From Pseudomonadota bacterium (GTDB lineage: Bacteria; Pseudomonadota; Alphaproteobacteria; RF32; CAG-239), in contig CAKJXZ020000068.1 of the NCBI GenBank assembly GCA_918234285.1, positions 1-37,125 of the forward strand: 37,125 nucleotides of DNA, read 5' to 3'. Both the position numbers and the translations under genes were made by a program. Positions 28,567 to 37,125 of the stretch are shown one piece after another (within the stretch, counting starts at the first letter, position 1; every line of letters starts with the position of its first letter). The notes beneath the pieces were generated by a model. That model searched no databases. It was not told the DNA's origin and was given only the letters and a program-made list of their open reading frames with translations.

Positions 28567-29304
28567 ATGGAAAATATTTGGTCGTTTGAAGACAGAATAA
28601 AAATTATAAAAAACTATAAACGATTGCCTATGCCTGAATTTAATGATGGTAATGAGGATGCGTATCGTTTTAATGTGTGGAATTTATATGATAGAGTTTG
28701 CGAATCAATAAAATCATTTGTTGTATTATATGAAAATCAGCGCTTTTGCGATGCTTTTATAATTGCAGGTCATGCATTAGAAACTTGTGCTACGTTAAGT
28801 TATTTGAAGGATAACAATTCTCTAGAAGAAAATCGCAAAAATTATGAAAAGTATATGGCAAGTAACATTTTAAATAGCATAACAACGAATTTAGAATTGT
28901 CTGACAATTTGGAAAAGGATATTGCTTGGTTTGCCTTTTCCCATTTATTAACAATGTTTTATCCCTATGGAAGAGCAATTTTAAAAGAAAACAAAGATTA
29001 TGATAGTGTAATTAAAAAAATCAATTATAGAAAAGGTCCTAATCAAGAAAAGATCGGATTATTTAATGGAAATTTCAAAGTAATTCCGATAGCAAACTAT
29101 ATTAACGCATTATCCATCTTTATGAGGGAATATGACGATGGACAAATACAAAGGTATTACAACAAATATTGTAGTTTTAAACATAGTAATATGTTGACAC
29201 CAGGTGTGGCAAAAGAAAGCGAAACAAATGATAATATAGATGATATGTTGTATTTAGTATTGGGTATTATTGCCTATCTAGATATATCTAAACCACTACC
29301 GTGA
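28567..29304 (+). CDS. Hypothetical protein, DUF5677-like
   Basis: AFIIAGHALETCATLSYL and YYNKYCSFKHSN resemble the RxxxE / Y..S..H pattern of DUF5677; family call tentative. Confidence 0.5.
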   Translation: MENIWSFEDRIKIIKNYKRLPMPEFNDGNEDAYRFNVWNLYDRVCESIKSFVVLYENQRFCDAFIIAGHALETCATLSYLKDNNSLEENRKNYEKYMASNILNSITTNLELSDNLEKDIAWFAFSHLLTMFYPYGRAILKENKDYDSVIKKINYRKGPNQEKIGLFNGNFKVIPIANYINALSIFMREYDDGQIQRYYNKYCSFKHSNMLTPGVAKESETNDNIDDMLYLVLGIIAYLDISKPLP

Positions 29305-29348
29305 TGAATTTAATTATTTAAGTTATTTTCATAACCTCAACAAACCTA

Positions 29349-29393
29349 TTGACTCCGCAAATCGTCGTGTTAATATCAGAACATAATTAGAAC
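29349..29393 (+). promoter_or_regulatory. Sigma70 promoter with alphaproteobacterial LexA (SOS) box
   Basis: TTGACT (29349), TAATAT (29371) and GAAC-ataatta-GAAC (29379-29393), upstream of a Y-family polymerase operon. Confidence 0.8.
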
Positions 29394-29406
29394 ATTTGAG
29401 GGTAAA

Positions 29407-29919
29407 ATGAAACAAGATATTAAGTTAGTTCCATTGCAGGAAAATGACCGTGAGCAGTTCATAAAGGACAATCAGGAAGCGTTCAAATATGGCGCAACCG
29501 AGGAATTTGGTGTGCGTGATGAACACTTTGAGGAAGACGGTGAGATTATCTCTCGTGCGACCATTGAACAATCCATAGACGAAGGCGAAGCGTATCGGAT
29601 TATGCTGAACGGTCAGAAGGTCGGCGGTGTTATTGTTAAAACCGAAGGCGATAAAGGCGATTTGCATATTTTGTTTGTTTCACCGCAGGCTCATAGCAAA
29701 GGTATCGGATATGCCGCTTGGTGTGCCATAGAAAAGATGTATCCGCAAATACGAGTTTGGGAAACCGTAACGCCGTATTTTGAAAAGCGCAATATACATT
29801 TTTATGTTAATCGGTGCGGTTTTAAGATTGTGGAGTTTTACAACGAACATCATAAAGATCCAAATAGCACGGACGGCGGACTTGATGAAATGTTCCGCTT
29901 TGAAAAGGTTATGAAATAA
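29407..29919 (+). CDS. GNAT family N-acetyltransferase
   Basis: LFVSPQAHSKGIG acetyl-CoA motif A and RNIHFYVNRCGF motif B. Confidence 0.9.
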   Translation: MKQDIKLVPLQENDREQFIKDNQEAFKYGATEEFGVRDEHFEEDGEIISRATIEQSIDEGEAYRIMLNGQKVGGVIVKTEGDKGDLHILFVSPQAHSKGIGYAAWCAIEKMYPQIRVWETVTPYFEKRNIHFYVNRCGFKIVEFYNEHHKDPNSTDGGLDEMFRFEKVMK

Positions 29920-29928
29920 GGAAGTTTA

Positions 29929-31086
29929 ATGCGGCAACGGGTTATTGCATTGGTGGATTGTGATTGCTTTTATGTTTCCTGCGAACGGAAGGATAATCCT
30001 GACTTGCAGGGCAAACCTGTGTGCACCGTGACAACGACTTCCAACAAAGGTATTGTTCTCTCGCGGTCAAAGGAAGCAAAGGCACTTGGTATCAAAATGG
30101 GCGCTCCGATGTTCCAAATCAAAGGTCTGTACCCTACTTGCCATTATATGCCTGCTCGTCACCACCGCTACGCCGAGATTTCGCGCGAAGTGATGAACAC
30201 CATTAAGAGTTTCAGCCCCGATGTGGAGGTTACTTCGGTTGATGAGGCATACATTGATTTGACCAGTCTGAATAAGGTCTACAACTCCACTTACACCGAT
30301 ATTATCAAGAAGATTCGGCAGACCGTTTGGGATAAGGTTGGGATTCCGGTGTCTATTGGGCTGTCTACCTCAAAAATACTGGCAAAACTGGCTTCGGATA
30401 AGGCGAAGAGCAACGGCGGCATTTTTGTTATTCCGCCCGATAAAATCTTGGATATCGTTGGCGAAATGCCGATTGATGACGTTTGCGGAGTCGGGCGCAG
30501 GAACAGCGAACACATGAAGTTTAGCGGCATTTTTACGATTAAGGATTTCGTAGAAAAAGAAAATGGATGGATAAGAAAAGCGTTCGGAATCAATGGATTA
30601 AGTTTGAAAAGTGAACTAAAAGGTGAAGTAACATCGCTCGTAAATAACGAACCGTCGGCACCGCAAAGCATTCAGGTTACCCGCAGTTTTGAAGATTTTA
30701 CGCAGAATTTGGAGTATTTGGAGCACGAACTTGGCAGGCACGTTCACGAGGCGTGTCAGAAATTGCGTCGTTGGAATGGCTTCTGTCAGGGTGTGGAGGT
30801 AATGTTACGGACGAAAGACTTCAAATATCACGCCATAGAGGCGAAATTGGAAAATCCGACCAATGGTGACCAAGAAGTCAGAATGACCTCTCTACGGCTC
30901 TTAAAAGCGCTTTACCGACCGAATTTAATCTATCGTTCTACTGGGGTGACGCTGAAAAACCTCTCGTATGGCGAAGTTCAGCAGTCGCTGTTTGAGGAAA
31001 TCAAGCCGCACGATGACAAACTCTCGCACTTGGTGGACGAGTTGGAAGCCAAATTCGGCAAAGGAATCATTAAGACCGGGGTGTGA
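29929..31086 (+). CDS. Y-family DNA polymerase (DinB/UmuC-like)
   Basis: LVDCDCFYVSCE, SVDEAYIDL, SKILAKLASD, DDVCGVGRR and a little-finger domain. Confidence 0.93.
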   Translation: MRQRVIALVDCDCFYVSCERKDNPDLQGKPVCTVTTTSNKGIVLSRSKEAKALGIKMGAPMFQIKGLYPTCHYMPARHHRYAEISREVMNTIKSFSPDVEVTSVDEAYIDLTSLNKVYNSTYTDIIKKIRQTVWDKVGIPVSIGLSTSKILAKLASDKAKSNGGIFVIPPDKILDIVGEMPIDDVCGVGRRNSEHMKFSGIFTIKDFVEKENGWIRKAFGINGLSLKSELKGEVTSLVNNEPSAPQSIQVTRSFEDFTQNLEYLEHELGRHVHEACQKLRRWNGFCQGVEVMLRTKDFKYHAIEAKLENPTNGDQEVRMTSLRLLKALYRPNLIYRSTGVTLKNLSYGEVQQSLFEEIKPHDDKLSHLVDELEAKFGKGIIKTGV

Positions 31087-31102
31087 ATGCTTATATAAAA
31101 GA

Positions 31103-34100
31103 TTAAAAATATCTCATTTTGTATGAATCCTCATCATTTTGAGCATTTCTTTTATAATCTTCGGCAATATTATCCAGTATAGTAGCCGTTCGGTTGTAAC
31201 TATATCTCAATTTATCTGCATATTTTTTATATTCATTATATGTATTCCACATATCCGTAGCTTGAGGGGTAACCGAGCGAACTCCTATGGAATTATATTT
31301 TCCTATACAAATTGCTCTATCTAAATCGTCATTTTCTTCTTTTTCGATAATATCTCTTATCGCTTTTAATGGCCATATATTGTCGGTTTCATCTTTAGGA
31401 GATCTACCAAATAATTGGCCAATAACCGACATTCCTGAGTTAAATCTATCTATATTAAGAAGTCTTTTCTTATTTTTCTCAAACCATGGTATTATATTAT
31501 CACTGCAATCATCAAAAATAAATGAAGATTCTATTTTCATCATTAATTTTAATGCTAATTTTTGAGCATTAATTTGTTCCTTAGTTTTTTGAGCGTTGAT
31601 ATCTTTAATTTCATCTTGAGATAAAGAATTTTCAGGATAAAACTCTGCAATAATTTCTGAAAACAATAAAGAATCCGGATTTGCCAACTCTTTCTTCAAA
31701 TGTGCTGGAAAAGAATCGTTATAAGAAGTGAGTACATCTAAATATTTGATTTCAAGTCTTACTAAAATATCTGAATCAACACTATTTTCATATAATTTTT
31801 TAAATAGTTGTTCAATGTAGTGACAATCCATAGAATTATTTTCTGTCTTATGATAGGTTAATAATGCTTTCAAAATATCGTCCACGGTTGCTATTTGAAT
31901 ATTATAAAAAATAAATTCTAATAGTTTGTCGCAACCATAATTGGATAATTTTTCTTTAGCGTAAATGAACTCTTCTTGATCAAGATTTTGACACATATGT
32001 ATTTGTATTTCCGGCCAATATAAATTGTCTAATTTATGTTGTTCTATCCATTGCCATAATGATAAAGTAGCGTTCAAATATTTAAGAATATTTTTTTGTA
32101 AATCCTTTGACCAGTTTTCTTTCCAAAAAGCATTTAAAAAATATTCCTCCCTCGTATAAAAATAAGATCCAATAAAATAACACAAAACTTCGTCTACATT
32201 TTTATCTTGGTCTAATGCATCAAAAAGTTGTTTAATTTGATCTTCAGAAAAAGATATTTTAGATAGATTGTTATAAAGTCTGTACTTATTCCCTTTTACG
32301 CCCTGTATTAACTTTAATATTCCTTGTATACCATCAGTGCTTAAAATATCCTCCAATGCGTCTATATATGGTTTATTATCATCCTTAAAAGAATATATAT
32401 CAAAAAGAGAAAGATAATTCTGATATTTCTCAGTAAATTGTATAGAATTATCGATATTCCTTAGTTCATCAATAAAATGAATGTCTATATCTTCATCTTT
32501 ATCTTTTCCATATTCATCAAACCATTTTGTCTTTGATAATATAGCCTTTTTAATATTAAGTTTATCTTCGTAGCTATAAGTTTCGTAATCAATAGATTTC
32601 AACTTATCAATTAAATTATGCTGTTGCACCTGTGGTAGATTAAAACAATTATCAATTAATAAATTCCAATGATGAGTTAATTCTACAATTTGTAATAATT
32701 TGCCAAAGATAAAATTATAGAATTCCTTTATTGCTTTTTGTGTAACCGAACTTTGAGGTATATTTAAGTAAATTGGTTGATTTGATATTATTATTGTGTC
32801 ATTAGGACGGAATTGTAGTTCGTTTAACAGTGTTTCTAAAACCTCTATATACTTACCTTGGTTGATAACAGAAGAAATTATTTCTATTCGCTGTTCTGTA
32901 TTTGCGGCTGTTTGTGGTGACCATACACAATATATCTTTTTTAAGCTATCCATAGGTGAATTTGCGTAATTACTGCCACTTTGCCAATTTTTGGCCATTC
33001 TTAATAAAACATCAGTTGTTTTTCGTAAGTATTCTGGTATCCAAGCTATACTTTCTAAACCATTTAGTATACCAACATAAAAACAATCGCATCCGAAATG
33101 AATACTACTAAGGGTAATCATTTTATTCAAAATAAAATTATTATCCTCAAATATTTTATCTGTTAGCCTTAGCATTTCGGCAGGGGCTGCTTCGAAAAGC
33201 GATTGCATATAATGATTCAAAGATAACCACAATTTATAATCACCATCTTCCAAAAGACTTCTAATCATCTGCGGTATTCTTGACTTGATAGATATATTAT
33301 TATCCATATAACCGGTATAATTCGAGAATAAAGATAGTCCTTGTGAAACTGACCTTTTTATATGAGACGAATATTTTGGTTCTGCTATATCTAAACTAAA
33401 GTTATATAAAAAATTCTTATTTTCTTCATCGTAATTTTTATCAATTTCACTTAAAATATCCTTTGCTTTGCTAAGAAGTGTATCAAAGAATTCTGGAGAT
33501 AGATACACAGACATATACTCCAAGATTAATTCAGAATTGGTAACCTGAATATTATTGTTAATCTGTTGTATAGGTGCACCTTCAACACTAATCATAGAAA
33601 TTATAATTTTTTTTATATCGTTATACGATTTATTTAATATCGTTTCAACGACTTCTATATCTTTGGAATTAGAATTGTCCCAAGAACTAAACATGCTTAA
33701 AAATAGGAGTAATTCGCTATTTTCTTTTGACACCCAATCAGGTTTCGGTAGTGGTGTATCTTCTCGTCTTAATAATTGTTGTAGCAATAATAAGCTTCCA
33801 TCGCTGAATCTTCGATGTAACTTATTCTGGAATCGGTAATCTTTAATTTGTTGGTTCAAAATAGGTTCTAATAGATAATTATTAACATTTTTGAGTTCTA
33901 TCCGATTATTTATTTGAAATACATCAGTTGAGCTCAAAGGAAAATATATCTGATAATTTTTATCTTTTAAAACTGCTATTCCATCAGGGATACCAAACAT
34001 AGGTATAAGAATTAAATTTTCAGAATGTTTATCTTCAACAATTCTATTCCATTGATTTTGATCTTCCACAATTAATATTTTGGATTTTATTTCTTCTCTT

Positions 34101-34816
34101 CTTTCTGGATTATCAATTTTTTGAATCGATGCTAGAAGAAACAGTAAACTTTCTACTTTGCTATTAGATTTTACTTCCAATAATCCCTTATCATACAAGA
34201 GCCAATTATTTATTTCTTTTTCGTGAATATTTTTCCTCGCCAAAATAATTTGTTCATCTAAAGGAATTCTGGTTGAGCTACACCATTCGTTCCATTTTTT
34301 CTCAAAATCATATATACCATCGCTTGGTTTTCTTAATACATCACACATCCAAGCCGTAGTGGCATAATCCTGTTCAAGCCAGTATTCTATGTTATCTGCG
34401 TCAAAAATTATTATTTCTTTCCAATATTTTGATTTTATTACCTTTTGTCGTGCTGAATTTATCAACTTATTCTTATCTTGTATCTTTCTTGTCGTAACAA
34501 AAACGAAAATAACATTAATTTTCTCTTGTAAGTCTTCAGATCTTTTTTTCAAATCCGCATAAAACTTTTCATTACAATTATTGCTTTCACCACATTCAAT
34601 ATGGTAGACTCCTGCTTTACCCAAGACACTGGTAGAGATTGTTTGGACCACTCCGTCCATTCCAGGCTTCCAAATACTATCCTCTGTCGGAATATCTATA
34701 TGAGGAATATATTTATCTACACTATTAGTGATTAGTTTTCTCAATAATAAAGGTAATTTTCCTTGAGCATCTCTTGTATTGCCCCAACTTTCAAGTTCTG
34801 TTGATGTTATTCTCAT
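31103..34816 (-). CDS. Large uncharacterised protein (1237 aa), putative anti-phage protein with restriction-endonuclease-like N-terminus
   Basis: AT-rich ORF. N-terminal AQGKLPLLLRKLI...PGMDGVV...HIECG...FVFVTTR and C-terminal DNIWP...GKYNSIGV motifs recall a defence-island family; function inferred. Confidence 0.6.
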   Translation of the reverse strand: MRITSTELESWGNTRDAQGKLPLLLRKLITNSVDKYIPHIDIPTEDSIWKPGMDGVVQTISTSVLGKAGVYHIECGESNNCNEKFYADLKKRSEDLQEKINVIFVFVTTRKIQDKNKLINSARQKVIKSKYWKEIIIFDADNIEYWLEQDYATTAWMCDVLRKPSDGIYDFEKKWNEWCSSTRIPLDEQIILARKNIHEKEINNWLLYDKGLLEVKSNSKVESLLFLLASIQKIDNPERREEIKSKILIVEDQNQWNRIVEDKHSENLILIPMFGIPDGIAVLKDKNYQIYFPLSSTDVFQINNRIELKNVNNYLLEPILNQQIKDYRFQNKLHRRFSDGSLLLLQQLLRREDTPLPKPDWVSKENSELLLFLSMFSSWDNSNSKDIEVVETILNKSYNDIKKIIISMISVEGAPIQQINNNIQVTNSELILEYMSVYLSPEFFDTLLSKAKDILSEIDKNYDEENKNFLYNFSLDIAEPKYSSHIKRSVSQGLSLFSNYTGYMDNNISIKSRIPQMIRSLLEDGDYKLWLSLNHYMQSLFEAAPAEMLRLTDKIFEDNNFILNKMITLSSIHFGCDCFYVGILNGLESIAWIPEYLRKTTDVLLRMAKNWQSGSNYANSPMDSLKKIYCVWSPQTAANTEQRIEIISSVINQGKYIEVLETLLNELQFRPNDTIIISNQPIYLNIPQSSVTQKAIKEFYNFIFGKLLQIVELTHHWNLLIDNCFNLPQVQQHNLIDKLKSIDYETYSYEDKLNIKKAILSKTKWFDEYGKDKDEDIDIHFIDELRNIDNSIQFTEKYQNYLSLFDIYSFKDDNKPYIDALEDILSTDGIQGILKLIQGVKGNKYRLYNNLSKISFSEDQIKQLFDALDQDKNVDEVLCYFIGSYFYTREEYFLNAFWKENWSKDLQKNILKYLNATLSLWQWIEQHKLDNLYWPEIQIHMCQNLDQEEFIYAKEKLSNYGCDKLLEFIFYNIQIATVDDILKALLTYHKTENNSMDCHYIEQLFKKLYENSVDSDILVRLEIKYLDVLTSYNDSFPAHLKKELANPDSLLFSEIIAEFYPENSLSQDEIKDINAQKTKEQINAQKLALKLMMKIESSFIFDDCSDNIIPWFEKNKKRLLNIDRFNSGMSVIGQLFGRSPKDETDNIWPLKAIRDIIEKEENDDLDRAICIGKYNSIGVRSVTPQATDMWNTYNEYKKYADKLRYSYNRTATILDNIAEDYKRNAQNDEDSYKMRYF

Positions 34817-35116
34817 ATTTTTACGTCCTAAATGACAAAGTTAATATCTTTCTTCTTTCATAACTTTTTCTATTCTACATGGTAAGTGTATATATAAATA
34901 TCATAAAAGACAATAAATATATGAAAGTATATACCAATATGCACGTTGTAATTAATATAGTGCAGTAAAATTTTTTCACGATTCAAGCCTTTGAATTTAA
35001 AAGGAATTCCGGATAACTCATTGATTCTGGCTCATTTTTTTGAAAAAATAGCTTGACAAGATTCGCATGATCTGTCCTGATAGTGGTATGAACAGGACAA
35101 TTTTATGGAGAATCTT

Positions 35117-35449
35117 ATGGAAAACAGCCAGTTTCAGAGCATTGCCGAACAAAATGACGACTTTCGCCTTCACCCGTCAAAAGGTACGTTTTGCCTCACT
35201 TCCGGTATTCGTGCTATGGGTAAGGATTGCGTTAGAGAAATCATCAACATAGTTCGCAATTTCAACAACTTCAACGAAGATAATGACCCGTACAGAGAGC
35301 ATGACTTCGGTGCCTTTTATTATCGCAACCGGCAAATCTTCTTCAAAATTGATAACTACGACCGCGAGTTCCTTTATCTTTCGCCCGATGTCACCAATCC
35401 GAAGCTGACTAATAAGGTTCTGACCATAATGCTAGCACAGGAGTATTAA
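35117..35449 (+). CDS. DUF3768 family protein
   Basis: FNEDNDPYREHDFGAF...FFKIDNYD...VLTIMLAQEY; GGAG RBS before ATG 35117. Confidence 0.9.
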   Translation: MENSQFQSIAEQNDDFRLHPSKGTFCLTSGIRAMGKDCVREIINIVRNFNNFNEDNDPYREHDFGAFYYRNRQIFFKIDNYDREFLYLSPDVTNPKLTNKVLTIMLAQEY

Positions 35450-35450
35450 A

Positions 35451-35630
35451 ATGGAATACGATGTTATATCAACGCCTGATTTGAAGGAGCTTTGCCTCTT
35501 GGTGAACGAAAAAATACAGGAAGGTTGGCGTCCGCGTGGCGGTATCGCGACGCTGGTTTTGCCGGACAGATATGCGGTTTTCTACCAAGTGATAATCAGA
35601 TTCAGCTCAAGAAGAGTTTCAAAAAGTTAA
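35451..35630 (+). CDS. DUF1737-like small protein (59 aa; absent from the ORF track)
   Basis: Translated by hand: MEYDVISTPDLKELCLLVNEKIQEGWRPRGGIATLVLPDRYAVFYQVIIRFSSRRVSKS; AGGAG RBS; V..K...GW...GG...YQ pattern. Confidence 0.75.
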   Translation: MEYDVISTPDLKELCLLVNEKIQEGWRPRGGIATLVLPDRYAVFYQVIIRFSSRRVSKS

Positions 35631-35702
35631 TTATTATGTTTCTTTCGTAAAAATCCAAACGTGCCGCAGGTTTCAACGCCTGCGGCCTTATAGGAGAAAA
35701 AG

Positions 35703-36287
35703 ATGACAAACTCGGAATTTATTGATGACAAGAAAATCAAAGACATTTTAACCTATATCAGCGCAATGAAACACGCCGCGCAGATTCGTATGATGTTTCT
35801 ATGCTCGTTGAATGGTATGCGCTCCATCAACTTTGCTATGTTGCAAGTTAAGGATTGCTACACCGACGGGCTGAAACCAAAGGACGCGATTTGCCTCGGC
35901 GAAGATAAGAACAAAGGCAAGCACAAGTGCGTTTATTACCTCAACTCGCAGATGAAGAAGGAATTTGCGGAATATCTGAAGTATTTGCAACACAAATGGG
36001 GCGAGCGCTTATCGCCGGAAACATATTTGTTTACATCGCAGAAAATGAACAAACCGTATAACAGAGTAAGCATCAGCCGCTTGTTTGCCGGAATCTACCG
36101 CAAATTCGGGATAAAGGGAGCAAGTCACCTCGGACGGCATCTGTTTGTTTCAAAATTGGTTAACGCCGGAGTCAACATCTGTTTGGTGCAAAAATTAGTG
36201 AATCATCGCAATATTGTAACAACACAAAGGTATTTTAATTATTCCGAAAAAATGCTGATGAACGCCGTGGAGAATGTAAGGGTTTAG
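35703..36287 (+). CDS. Small tyrosine recombinase (catalytic domain only)
   Basis: NGMRS (R), KNKG (K), SHLGRH (HxxR) and VNHRNIVTTQRYF (H, Y); AGGAG RBS. Confidence 0.9.
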   Translation: MTNSEFIDDKKIKDILTYISAMKHAAQIRMMFLCSLNGMRSINFAMLQVKDCYTDGLKPKDAICLGEDKNKGKHKCVYYLNSQMKKEFAEYLKYLQHKWGERLSPETYLFTSQKMNKPYNRVSISRLFAGIYRKFGIKGASHLGRHLFVSKLVNAGVNICLVQKLVNHRNIVTTQRYFNYSEKMLMNAVENVRV

Positions 36288-36373
36288 AAATTCAAAACTA
36301 TAAAATTTTGGGGCTGATTTATGCCTTTTTTAACTAAATGAGTTCTATCATTACCGCAACAAGCGAGGTGATG

Positions 36374-37012
36374 ATGAAAAAAGACATTCAACCAAACCCG
36401 AACACAATATTTCCCGTTCCGAACGTCAAAACGGTAACATATATCAAACCGACAATTAAAAATCCGAACATTATTGTTGGAGATTTTACCTATTTTGCGG
36501 ATGTTGATTTTGAAAAACACGTTACACATCACTATGATTTCAATGGTGATAAGTTGATTATCGGTAAGTTTTGCCAAATCGGTGCAGGTGTTGAATTTGT
36601 GATGAACGGAGCAAATCATCAGATGAATGCGGTTTCAACATTTCCGTTTTATATTATGGATGGCTTTAATCAAGATGTGCCGCCGAAATCAGAGATGCCG
36701 CTGAAAGGTGATACGATAGTCGGAAATGATGTTTGGATTGGGCAGAATGTAACAATTTTGGCAGGTGTGCATATTGGAGATGGTGCGATTATCGGTGCCA
36801 ACAGTGTTGTCGGTAGCAATGTTGAACCATATACCATTGTGGTTGGTAATCCTGCCAAACCAGTTCGCAAAAGATTTGATAATGAATTGATTGACTTGCT
36901 GCTCAAGTTTCAATGGTGGAACAAACCTACCCACGAAATCAACAAATTGATACCGATATTAACTTGCAGCGATTTGAAAAAGGTAAAAGCCGAAATAAAG
37001 AGCAGACTATGA
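36374..37012 (+). CDS. Vat/CatB-related xenobiotic O-acetyltransferase (hexapeptide repeat)
   Basis: NIIVGDFTY, DKLIIGKFCQIG, MNGANH, STFPF, KGDTIVGNDVWIG, VGNPAK and QWWN; the Vat-like N-terminus PNPNTIFP is present. Confidence 0.88.
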   Translation: MKKDIQPNPNTIFPVPNVKTVTYIKPTIKNPNIIVGDFTYFADVDFEKHVTHHYDFNGDKLIIGKFCQIGAGVEFVMNGANHQMNAVSTFPFYIMDGFNQDVPPKSEMPLKGDTIVGNDVWIGQNVTILAGVHIGDGAIIGANSVVGSNVEPYTIVVGNPAKPVRKRFDNELIDLLLKFQWWNKPTHEINKLIPILTCSDLKKVKAEIKSRL

Positions 37013-37125
37013 TTATATTGGTAACAGGTGCATCACACACGGGGAAAACGCTTTTGGCACAGAAGTTGCTTGAAAAGTATCATTACCCGATTTTATCAAT
37101 AGATTTGCTGAAAATGGGGTTAATC
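37009..37125 (+). CDS. P-loop kinase-like protein, partial (runs off the window)
   Basis: MIILVTGASHTGKTLLAQKLLEKYHYPILSIDLLKMGLI; Walker A; ATGA overlap with the upstream stop. Confidence 0.8.
   Translation, partial: MIILVTGASHTGKTLLAQKLLEKYHYPILSIDLLKMGLI

Larger units (their letters stand above)
157..37125. mobile_element. tRNA-Arg-integrated genomic island (right end outside window)
   Basis: tRNA fragment plus tyrosine integrase plus Xis-like HTH at the left end. Cargo is defence, recombinase, SOS-polymerase and resistance-type genes, with no housekeeping genes. Confidence 0.75.

Noticed and set aside
35703-37125. Integron (recombinase followed by resistance cassettes)
   Set aside because: The recombinase is too short and lacks the IntI insertion, is co-oriented with the genes, and no attC-like sites are visible; the downstream genes overlap

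Overview
This window appears to be the left ~37 kb of a tRNA-integrated genomic island. The likely host is a low-GC alphaproteobacterium, inferred from a GAAC-N7-GAAC LexA box, an autotransporter and DUF3768. The window opens with the displaced 3' half of a tRNA-Arg(ACG) and its terminator (att junction). Next come a tyrosine integrase, a pentapeptide-repeat/excisionase-like fusion and a three-gene leftward operon containing two paralogues. These are followed by a 2.6-kaa Pmp-like autotransporter, an ankyrin protein, and a six-copy helically phased iteron-like array in front of a small winged-HTH protein. A large defence block follows: a SauUSI-like PLD-helicase, an Mpi-like serine recombinase, a SLOG protein, and a type I R-M operon with an embedded HEPN-motif gene, then a Ppl-like PHP-ATPase, DUF2130 and a DUF5677-like gene. 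The remainder holds an SOS-boxed GNAT/Y-family polymerase pair, a 1237-aa putative defence protein, DUF3768, DUF1737, a catalytic-domain-only tyrosine recombinase, a Vat/CatB-type acetyltransferase and a truncated P-loop kinase. No conjugation or virion genes and no second att site are visible. All family calls come from motif recognition by eye, not from database searches.
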